Shown in pieces: positions 1 to 6,982 of a DNA stretch of 23,672 nucleotides. Position numbers and translations under genes: made by a program. The notes under the pieces were generated by a model. That model saw only the letters and a program-made list of their open reading frames with translations, was not told the DNA's origin and searched no databases. Every line of letters starts with the position of its first letter. The stretch's first letter is position 1. The stretch is from Candidatus Eiseniibacteriota bacterium (GTDB lineage Bacteria > Eisenbacteria > RBG-16-71-46 > JABDJR01 > JAWXBZ01): NCBI GenBank assembly GCA_034440375.1, contig JAWXBZ010000134.1, forward strand, positions 1 to 23,672, in the 5' to 3' direction.

Positions 1-1005
1 CCCCTGATCCGGGCCCTGCGTGATCGGATTCGTCGGGCGGAGCAATCCATTCTGTTCCTTAACCGCCGGGGTCATTCCACGGTGGTCCGATGCGATGATT
101 GCGGGTGGGTGGCCCGCTGCCCGCACTGTGACATCTCGCTGACCTGGCACGCCGACCGTGTCGAGCTTCGTTGCCACTACTGTGCCTACCGGAGTCGCTC
201 CATCGAGGTCTGCCCTGATTGCAAAGGCGCCTGCTTTGTCTATCGCGGGATCGGGACCCAGAAGGTTGAGGCGGAAATCGCCCGCCTCGTGCCGGAGGCG
301 CGCCTCGCGCGGATGGATTTCGACAGTACGCGCCGCCGCGGCTCAATGGAGAAGATCATCGATGATTTTCGCCACCGTCGGGCCGACATCCTGCTCGGTA
401 CTCAGATGGTGGCCCGCGGTCTCGATTTTCCGGGCGTCACGCTCGTCGGTGTCATCAACGCCGACACCCAGCTCAACCTTCCGGACTTCCGAAGCGCCGA
501 GCGAACCTTCCAGCTCCTGACGCAGGTGGCCGGGCGTGCCGGCCGCGGTTCCATCGCGGGCGAGGTCATCGTTCAGTCGTACGCAGCCGGGCACTACGCG
601 GTCGAGGCGGCCCGCGGACACGACTTTCCCCTGTTTTTCGCCACCGAAATGGTTTTCCGGCGCGAGGTCGATTATCCGCCACTCAGCCGGATGATCAGCC
701 TCTTGTTCGATGGCGTTGACGAGGCGCGTGTGATTGCCCGCGCGGAGGAGACGGCCCGGCAACTCAAGGCGTGGCTCGAGCTGCCGAGCTCGGGCAATTC
801 CCCCGGGCGGATAGAGCTACTGGGTCCCGCGCCGCGTTCCCTCTCCCGCCTCAAGGGGAAGCACCGGTGGCATCTCACCTTGAAGGGACACGACCACCGG
901 TCGCTCCGGCGTGCCGCTGAGGCAGCCCTGGCCCTGCCGTTCGATGGAAAAGGGAAGAGCGCGGTACGGCTGGCGGTCGATGTCGATCCGGTCAGCCTGC
1001 TCTGA
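1..1005 (+). CDS. priA: Primosomal protein N' (replication restart helicase), 5'-truncated by window edge
   Basis: Frame is open from base 1 (PLIRALRDRIRRAEQSILFLNRRGHS). It has the Cys-rich region CDDCG..CPHC..CHYC..CPDC and the motifs GTQKVE, ILLGTQMVARGLDFPGVTLVG, LPDFRSAERTFQLLTQVAGRAGR and C-terminal VDVDP. Confidence 0.97.
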   Translation, partial: PLIRALRDRIRRAEQSILFLNRRGHSTVVRCDDCGWVARCPHCDISLTWHADRVELRCHYCAYRSRSIEVCPDCKGACFVYRGIGTQKVEAEIARLVPEARLARMDFDSTRRRGSMEKIIDDFRHRRADILLGTQMVARGLDFPGVTLVGVINADTQLNLPDFRSAERTFQLLTQVAGRAGRGSIAGEVIVQSYAAGHYAVEAARGHDFPLFFATEMVFRREVDYPPLSRMISLLFDGVDEARVIARAEETARQLKAWLELPSSGNSPGRIELLGPAPRSLSRLKGKHRWHLTLKGHDHRSLRRAAEAALALPFDGKGKSAVRLAVDVDPVSLL

Positions 1006-1762
1006 GGAAGTTGGCCAGCTCCCCGTTAAACGCGGCCGGTCGCTCGATATTCGACAGATGTGCGGTGTCGGCCATCACGACCAATCGGCCCTGCGGGATG
1101 GCGGCGGCCATGGCCTCGATGTCGGCCCGCGGGATCAGGGGGTCGTCATCCCCGGCGAGGACAAGCGCAGGAGCGCGAAGTCCCGCCAGGATGGACGTTC
1201 GATCGGGGCGTGCGGCCATTGCCCGTTGCGCGGCGGCCAGTGCCTCCGGCATCTGATCGAGCATGAGTTCACGCAGGCGGCCGACAAGATTCGGCTGGTT
1301 CGCTTGGGTGGCTCCGGAGATCATTTTCTCGGGTAGACCGAGCGTGACCGCCGCCACCCCCTCGGCCGTCACCTGCTGCGCCGACTTGAGACGCGTGGCG
1401 CGCCCTTCGTCGGTATCCGCCTGGCTTCGCGTGTGGCCGAGGACCAACCCGGCCACCCGTGCCGGCCACTGTTCAAGGAAGGCGAGCGCGATATATCCCC
1501 CCATGGATACGCCGCACAGAACGGCCTTGTCGATCTGGTGATGATCGAGAAGCGCCGCGAGATCTGCGGCGTGCGCTTCGAGCGAATCCACCGGCGAAAG
1601 AGGAGCGGAACAACCGAAGCCGCGGAGGTCCGGGATGATCAATCGCGCCACCCGGGACAACTCCTCGCGCTGTTCGTGCCAGAACCGTCCATCGAACGGA
1701 TAGGCGTGGATCAGGAGGAGCGGGGGGCCCTCACCGAGAATGTCGTGCGCCAGGATCGCCAT
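992..1762 (-). CDS. Alpha/beta-fold hydrolase (3-oxoadipate enol-lactonase-like family)
   Basis: LLLIHAYP oxyanion region, DLRGFG, nucleophile elbow GVSMGG, acid in GDDD, catalytic His in AHLSNIE. ATG at 1762 preferred over the TTG at 1777. Overlaps the priA 3' end by 14 bp (convergent). Confidence 0.88.
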   Translation of the reverse strand: MAILAHDILGEGPPLLLIHAYPFDGRFWHEQREELSRVARLIIPDLRGFGCSAPLSPVDSLEAHAADLAALLDHHQIDKAVLCGVSMGGYIALAFLEQWPARVAGLVLGHTRSQADTDEGRATRLKSAQQVTAEGVAAVTLGLPEKMISGATQANQPNLVGRLRELMLDQMPEALAAAQRAMAARPDRTSILAGLRAPALVLAGDDDPLIPRADIEAMAAAIPQGRLVVMADTAHLSNIERPAAFNGELANFLRAG

Positions 1763-1804
1763 GTGCCGAGGATACAACGTGGCGGCCGAAGGGAACCCGT
1801 GGAA

Positions 1805-2851
1805 TTATCGGCCGCCCCGGCCACCACCGCCGGTACCCTGGCCGCGCCCGCCCCGACGCCCACGGCGTCCCGGGTCGTCCAGGGTGGGCGGACCACCGCG
1901 ATCGCGCCGGCCGCCCGGAGGATCGATGCCGGGGGGCGGTCCGTTTGGATTCTTGCCACCCCGGGCCCGATCCCGGATGGCCCGAAGGATCTGGCCGGGC
2001 GGAATACCGCGGTCCAGCGCGCTCTTGATCTCCTTCTGGATCTCCATCGGATTGGCGCCCTGCTTGATGGCCTGCGCCACGCCGAACCCCAGGTCCTCAA
2101 GGGCCGGCCCACGGGCCCCGCCGGCATGAAGTTCGCGGACGAAGGCGAGACCCTGATCGGGGGGGAGGCCCTCGGCTGTCAGGCTGGTCAGGGCCAGGAG
2201 CGGCGCTCGTGTCGAGATGAGCCGGTCGGTCGGCGTGGGGCCGGCGGCAAATTCGGTCAATGTCGTCGTCAACGCCGTCGGCGGCACACCTTGATCGAGG
2301 GCAAAGGCGGTCTGATCGATCAGCCGGCGGCGCGCCTCGAAGGCCGTTGGAAGTGGGTTGCCCGCCGCGGGGCTCTTCGGGGGATGTCCCGCGTCGATAT
2401 CCGGAAACGCCGCGTCCACGAGCCGGCCGCTTTCCCGCAGGCGGCGATCGAGTTTGGTCACCGCGAAGTCGATTCGTTCCGGCGACGCCTTCTTGACCAG
2501 GCCCTGCCGCATCCGATCGAGCATCGGTTTGAGCGGCAGGCCGTCCTGTGCCAGGCCCGTCAGGGTGTTGACGAAACGTTCGAGTTGCTCATCCGACAGC
2601 CCCGCCGTCCGGCCGCGAACGAGCAGGTCATTCAGATCAGCCGCGGCGATGCCGGCGGTCGTGGCCCGTGCCGTCATGGTGCTGATGTCCCCGCCGGAAA
2701 CCGGCGATGATGCGGAACTCGGTTGTCCAAAGGCCAGCCGGGCCGGCAGGGGCATGAGCAGCACGACGAGAAGCACGACGATCCTTGTCGTCGCCGTGTT
2801 TCGTGTGGAACGTGATCTTGATGTCGTGGTGGCCAGTTTCATGTGCGTCAT
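1805..2851 (-). CDS. Secreted hypothetical protein with short helical repeats and Gly/Arg/Pro-rich tail
   Basis: Basic N-terminus plus hydrophobic segment IVVLLVVLLMPLPARLAFG (signal-peptide-like). Recurring helix-G(L/V/I/A)P-helix units. ATGA overlap with the upstream gene; alternative start ATG at 2842. Confidence 0.75.
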   Translation of the reverse strand: MTHMKLATTTSRSRSTRNTATTRIVVLLVVLLMPLPARLAFGQPSSASSPVSGGDISTMTARATTAGIAAADLNDLLVRGRTAGLSDEQLERFVNTLTGLAQDGLPLKPMLDRMRQGLVKKASPERIDFAVTKLDRRLRESGRLVDAAFPDIDAGHPPKSPAAGNPLPTAFEARRRLIDQTAFALDQGVPPTALTTTLTEFAAGPTPTDRLISTRAPLLALTSLTAEGLPPDQGLAFVRELHAGGARGPALEDLGFGVAQAIKQGANPMEIQKEIKSALDRGIPPGQILRAIRDRARGGKNPNGPPPGIDPPGGRRDRGGPPTLDDPGRRGRRGGRGQGTGGGGRGGR

Positions 2852-4239
2852 CTCGGGTTGGTGACACTGCTTGGACCGCCGCCGGCACCATCCGTTACAG
2901 GGGCGGCCACATCCAGCACGCCGTTCCGCTGGCCGAAGTCATCGTCCTCGTAGAGGTGGGCACCTTCCGGGGTGCGCCATTCCGTTGTATCTATATGAAA
3001 AATATAGCGATAGAGCCCCGGATCCAACTTGAGCGTCGTTTCCCAGACGCCATCCGGCGTGGGCCCGGTCATCGGGTGCGCCCCGGTTAACCAGTCGTTC
3101 ATGGTTCCGACCAGGTGAACCGAGGTGGCCCGGGGGGCCCGGCACCGGAAAGTGACGCCGTTGGCGCCGACGGTGGGCGACAGCGGATTCCGGGCGGGGG
3201 TCGTCGACCCGAATATCCCGGTATCCCATGGCCCAGGCGCCGCGGCCGCCGGCTGACCGAAGCGAAAACTCACTCCGCCGCTCAGCCGTGTCCGATCAAA
3301 GGCGTAATCGTCGAGGCTCGAGGCGTAATCGAGGTACGCCAGCCCGGCGAACAGCCTGGTATTCCCGACGATCCTGCGCTCCAGGTCGATTGCCAGCGAG
3401 ATGGAGACGTCCTCGCGGCCCACGCCGGGGCGGACGGCACCGGAGGGAAGTTGAATCGGATAGAGGAATCGATCGTAGTTGCGCCGTTCCCGTGCAATCT
3501 CTCCGCCAACGGCCCAACTTCGGCCAATATCGCCACTGATCCCGAAGGAGATTCGATCGCCGCCGTACTCGTACTGCCGGGAATTGCTGTCGACCGCGAG
3601 CCGGGCCACCATCGTGGACAGGCGCCAGCGCTCATTAAAATCGAAGCCGACCGCGAGTTCAAGTTCGTCCGGACGATCGATCTGTGTCTCTCCCCCGAGT
3701 GCCTGCGTGGTCCGTTCCGGGTAGGCGATGCGGGCCCGGCGCCAGGTGCCATGCAAGCTCCAGCGGTCGTCCATTTGCCAGATGGCCGCGGGCGCGGCTT
3801 CCTGTCGATTGAAGTCGTAGTCCTGAAACTCCGTTCGATGAAACCACTCGACTTCGCCGTCCAGGCGAAGCTGGACGTCCGGGGCGACACGAAAACCGAA
3901 ACCGGCCTGACCGCTGTTGTCATGGTAGGCGCCGGCTTCTTCGGATTCATAGGCGTTCAGCACATAGCTCCACCCCCCCGACAAGGAACAGCGTCCGGGG
4001 GCCCAGACGGCCCACAACGACGGTGCCAGGTTCATGTAGCCGGTTGCCAGAATAGGGAAGGAGCTGTTTTCGCCCGGACGGCCGAGGACATCATCGTCGT
4101 ATCCCCCGCCGGCCGACAGCTCGGCGCGCCAGGTGGAGGCTGCCATGGCAGTTGGGATGCCGAGCGGGGTCAGGGCCATCAGCCCGCCGACCAGAAAACC
4201 GCTGGCAGGGGAGGTACGGGTGAATCGAGTCAGGATCAT
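2848..4239 (-). CDS. Predicted outer-membrane beta-barrel protein with C-terminal CBM48/AMPK-beta-like glycogen-binding domain
   Basis: Signal peptide ending ...TAMAA. About 290 aa of alternating aromatic/Gly beta-strand pattern ending RLSGGVSFRF, then an Ala/Pro linker. C-terminal domain VTFRCRAPRATSVHLVGTMNDW...DGVWETTLKLDPGLYRYIFHIDTTEWRTP...DDFGQRNGVL. Confidence 0.8.
   Translation of the reverse strand: MILTRFTRTSPASGFLVGGLMALTPLGIPTAMAASTWRAELSAGGGYDDDVLGRPGENSSFPILATGYMNLAPSLWAVWAPGRCSLSGGWSYVLNAYESEEAGAYHDNSGQAGFGFRVAPDVQLRLDGEVEWFHRTEFQDYDFNRQEAAPAAIWQMDDRWSLHGTWRRARIAYPERTTQALGGETQIDRPDELELAVGFDFNERWRLSTMVARLAVDSNSRQYEYGGDRISFGISGDIGRSWAVGGEIARERRNYDRFLYPIQLPSGAVRPGVGREDVSISLAIDLERRIVGNTRLFAGLAYLDYASSLDDYAFDRTRLSGGVSFRFGQPAAAAPGPWDTGIFGSTTPARNPLSPTVGANGVTFRCRAPRATSVHLVGTMNDWLTGAHPMTGPTPDGVWETTLKLDPGLYRYIFHIDTTEWRTPEGAHLYEDDDFGQRNGVLDVAAPVTDGAGGGPSSVTNPR
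2871..2899 (-). promoter_or_regulatory. Candidate internal ECF promoter for the 1805-2851 gene (TGTAAC-N16-GGTCCAA)
   Basis: Minus strand reads TGTAAC GGATGGTGCCGGCGGC GGTCCAA, inside the unstructured 3' tail of the barrel gene and 20-30 nt before the next start codon. Confidence 0.5.
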
Positions 4240-4250
4240 CCTGACCGAGC

Positions 4251-4847
4251 TTACAGGAAGATGACTGCGTTACGGTTGCCGAAGCCGTCGTCGGTATGAA
4301 GCTCGGCGGCGGGGTCGGTGACCCACCCCTCGTCCACGACAAACATGTATTCGTGGCGCCCGGGAGGAAGATTCATCTGGATGCTCCACGTCCCTTCGGC
4401 TTCGTTCCGCACCAGCGGGACCTCGCAGACGGTCCAGTCGTTGAAGTCGCCGACGAGACAGACGCGCTGCGCAGTTGGCGCCTCGATCATGAACTGATGA
4501 GGAATGGACTCGCCGGCCTCGGCCTCGAGCCCCGGCGCGTTGGGCAGATCGGACGGCGTCCCCGGCTGGAGCGTCGCTTTCACCAGCCAGAGCGCCAGCG
4601 CGGCCGTGGCGAGGCCGGAAGTGAGGCGAACCACCGGAATACGCCACAGGGCCACCAGATGCGAGATCCATCCGCCGGTGGATTGGGTCACTGCCGGCTC
4701 ATCCTCGATGCGGGCCATGACCCGCGAGGCGAAACCGAGAGGTGCCTCGGCGCCATCGCCTCGACGGGCGGCCAGCGCCAGGCGCTCCAGTTGTTCGAGT
4801 TCCTGCCCGGTGGGCTCGGAGCCGCGGTTCGTCGTTTTGTCCGTCAT
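4251..4847 (-). CDS. Putative anti-sigma factor: cytoplasmic N-domain, one TM helix, C-terminal CBM48/AMPK-beta-like domain
   Basis: Directly downstream of an ECF sigma. Contains the anti-sigma-like segment APLGFASRVMARI and TM-like LTSGLATAALALWLV. C-terminus is HQFMIEAPTAQRVCLVGDFNDW...GTWSIQMNLPPGRHEYMFVVDEGWVTDP...DDGFGNRNAVI. ATG 4847 preferred to the start at 4910 that overlaps the sigma gene. Confidence 0.82.
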   Translation of the reverse strand: MTDKTTNRGSEPTGQELEQLERLALAARRGDGAEAPLGFASRVMARIEDEPAVTQSTGGWISHLVALWRIPVVRLTSGLATAALALWLVKATLQPGTPSDLPNAPGLEAEAGESIPHQFMIEAPTAQRVCLVGDFNDWTVCEVPLVRNEAEGTWSIQMNLPPGRHEYMFVVDEGWVTDPAAELHTDDGFGNRNAVIFL

Positions 4848-4875
4848 GGTCGTTACTTCGTTTCCCGGTTTCCCG

Positions 4876-5478
4876 CTAAAGGACGCCCCGCGCGCGGAGT
4901 GCCTGAACAATCATCTCGCGTGCCCGGTGCAATCGCACCTTTGCGTTGCCGACGCTGATACCCAGCACGCCGGCGATTTCTTCATACGGCCGTCCTTCGA
5001 TCTGCCGAAGGACGAAGATGACTCGATACGTTTCGGCCAACCCCGCCACCACCGTTTCGAACTCGCGAACGGCCTGCCGATCGAGCACGGCCTCGTCGCT
5101 GCCGAACCCCGGATCGGCGACGGGTACGAACCCCTTCGTCATCACTTCTTCGAGGGGGATTTCACCCGAGCGCTTCCGCCGACGCCCCAACCGGTCGTAA
5201 CACACATTCAAAGCGATCCGGTGGAGCCACGTCGACACGCGGGCCCGGTGCTCGAACCGCTCGAGCGCCCGCCAGGCCTTCACGAACACGTCCTGAGCTG
5301 CTTCCAGCGCCTCATCCCGGTTTTTCAGGAGCCGGAGCGTGACACCGACGATACGATCCTGATGTCGTTCGACCAGGCGGCGAAAAGCTTCTCCATCGCC
5401 GTTCCGGGCCAGTTCCACCAGTTGGTCATCGCTTTCAGCGGATTCGATTGGGCCCCCGTTCCTCGCCTCGTTTGTCAT
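4876..5478 (-). CDS. ECF (sigma-70 group 4) RNA polymerase sigma factor
   Basis: Region 2: DDQLVELARNGDGEAFRRLVERHQ..EAAQDVFVKAW..STWLHRIALN. Region 4: LAETYRVIFVLRQIEGRPYEEIAGVLGISVGNAKVRLHRARE. ATG 5478 is preceded by GAGG. Confidence 0.95.
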   Translation of the reverse strand: MTNEARNGGPIESAESDDQLVELARNGDGEAFRRLVERHQDRIVGVTLRLLKNRDEALEAAQDVFVKAWRALERFEHRARVSTWLHRIALNVCYDRLGRRRKRSGEIPLEEVMTKGFVPVADPGFGSDEAVLDRQAVREFETVVAGLAETYRVIFVLRQIEGRPYEEIAGVLGISVGNAKVRLHRAREMIVQALRARGVL

Positions 5479-5540
5479 GCCTCGGTCTGCCAGGGGCCCT
5501 CGACCCGCCGATCGATTAGAAGACCGGCGTCCACCCCGTA

Positions 5541-5568
5541 AGACCACCCCAACCCGGGCCCGGTTACA
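5541..5568 (-). promoter_or_regulatory. Candidate ECF promoter for the sigma operon (TGTAAC-N17-GGTCT)
   Basis: Minus strand reads TGTAAC CGGGCCCGGGTTGGGGT GGTCTTA, about 60 nt upstream of the ECF start. It fits the general ECF pattern of -35 AAC and -10 GTC. Confidence 0.6.
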
Positions 5569-5607
5569 GTTTTGCCCTTCCGGGCCGATCTTATTTCATG
5601 GCCGTGT

Positions 5608-5635
5608 TGTAACCTGGGCCGCACGGCGCGGTCAA
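5608..5635 (+). promoter_or_regulatory. Candidate ECF promoter for the lipoprotein gene (TGTAAC-N16-GGTCAA)
   Basis: Plus strand reads TGTAAC CTGGGCCGCACGGCGC GGTCAAA, about 55 nt upstream of ATG 5691. Confidence 0.62.
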
Positions 5636-5690
5636 AGGCAGCGGTATCACACACCCTAACCGATTGCCGCACCTCAAGAAGGAGACATCA

Positions 5691-6818
5691 ATGAATTTCA
5701 AGAAACGCTCCCCGGGACCGCTGGCCGCCGCGGTGGCCCTGCTGGCAGTCCTCAATGGCTGCGGCGACTCATCGACAAACGTAACCCCCGACGGATTCGG
5801 GCGGGTGACGGTGAGGATCACCGACGCGCCCGCCGTCGACCTGACCGACATTTCCAATCTCTATGTCACTTTCGATCGCCTGGTGGTTTTCCCCGAGGCG
5901 GACAGCATTCCCGCCGACACCACCGGTGACGGCCCGGAGCGGATCGAAATTCTGACATCCCCCATCACGTTTGACCTCCTCAGCCTGACCAACGGGCTCT
6001 CGGAAGCCCTGGGCCAGGCGGACCTGCCGGCGGGCAACTATCGCCGACTGGTTCTGGATCTCGCGCCGGATGGCGCCTGGTTGATTGAGGCCAACGGTGA
6101 CTCGCACGACGTCAAGGTGCCCTCGGGGCGCCTGATCATCAAGACTGACTTCACGGTGGAGGACGGCGAAAACACCGAGGTGCTGCTCGATTTCGATGTG
6201 GCGGCCTCCCTGCGCCTCAAGCAGACCGGCAACGGCAAGTACATCCTTCGTCCGGTTCTGCGCCAGCTTCCGGCTCTCCGGGATGCCGGCTCGATCGCGG
6301 GACAGGTTCTGGTGCAGACCGCCACCGGCCTGGTGTCGGCCGGCGACATCCTGGTGCCGAATCCATGGCGCGGAAGGCCGGGGCACAATAATGGCAACGG
6401 CCGTCGCCCCGGCGACAGGGGCAATCATGGCCGCCGTCCGGATGACCGGGCGATGGTGCCGCTCACGGTGGCCTTTCCGATGGTCGTGCATGCCCATGTC
6501 TTCGGCGATTCCGACGATGTCGGTGAGGATCATGACGACGACGGAGAAGACGAGGCGGTCCGCCCCGGCCTGAACCCGCTCGACCACCCGAATGACGGTA
6601 ATGACGATGTTCACCGCCCGCGCGGCCGTGGCACGCTGGTCGACAAGGACGGCGATTACCTGATCGCCCGCGTTCGGAAGAACGTCGAGTATGACCTGCG
6701 GCTCCTCGTTCACCCGCGTTCCGGCTTCGAGGTTGTTTCCGCACCGGCCAACATCCTGGTTGACGGCGACGAGACCGGTCAGGACTTCATCATCCGGGCC
6801 AAACCCGAAGCTCCTTGA
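5691..6818 (+). CDS. DUF4382-like lipoprotein with C-terminal beta-sandwich interrupted by low-complexity inserts
   Basis: AAGGAG RBS and lipobox LAVLNG-C. Family-like motifs GRVTVRITDAP, FDLLSL, LPAGNYRRLVL, VKVPSG, VLLDFDVAASL and GNGKYILRPVL. Confidence 0.82.
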   Translation: MNFKKRSPGPLAAAVALLAVLNGCGDSSTNVTPDGFGRVTVRITDAPAVDLTDISNLYVTFDRLVVFPEADSIPADTTGDGPERIEILTSPITFDLLSLTNGLSEALGQADLPAGNYRRLVLDLAPDGAWLIEANGDSHDVKVPSGRLIIKTDFTVEDGENTEVLLDFDVAASLRLKQTGNGKYILRPVLRQLPALRDAGSIAGQVLVQTATGLVSAGDILVPNPWRGRPGHNNGNGRRPGDRGNHGRRPDDRAMVPLTVAFPMVVHAHVFGDSDDVGEDHDDDGEDEAVRPGLNPLDHPNDGNDDVHRPRGRGTLVDKDGDYLIARVRKNVEYDLRLLVHPRSGFEVVSAPANILVDGDETGQDFIIRAKPEAP

Positions 6819-6872
6819 AGCATGCTGCCGTCGGGACGATAATCCCGACGGCGCATGTGATCCGCTTTGCCG

Positions 6873-6912
6873 AAACGAAACGGCGGCCCGCGTGGCCGTC
6901 GTTTCGTTTTTT
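6873..6912 (+). terminator. Intrinsic terminator after the lipoprotein gene
   Basis: Stem AAACGAAACGGCGGCC / GGCCGTCGTTTCGTTT with a 5-nt loop, running into a T tract. A second hairpin precedes it at 6821-6857. Confidence 0.8.
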
Positions 6913-6982
6913 CGTTTCCCCGGCCGGTGCCGCCCCATCGATTGCCGGACCGCCGCCGACCATCCCCCTGGACGCCGAACCG

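Noticed and set aside
1433-4958. Long plus-strand ORFs (425, 394, 220 aa) opposite the ECF module
   Set aside because: They are antisense shadows typical of high-GC coding DNA, with no motifs. The minus-strand genes have recognisable domains.
6815-6982. N-terminal extension of the 571-aa ThyX ORF from TTG 6815
   Set aside because: It runs through two hairpins and a T-tailed terminator and has no ThyX-like sequence. A start near 6983 is more plausible.
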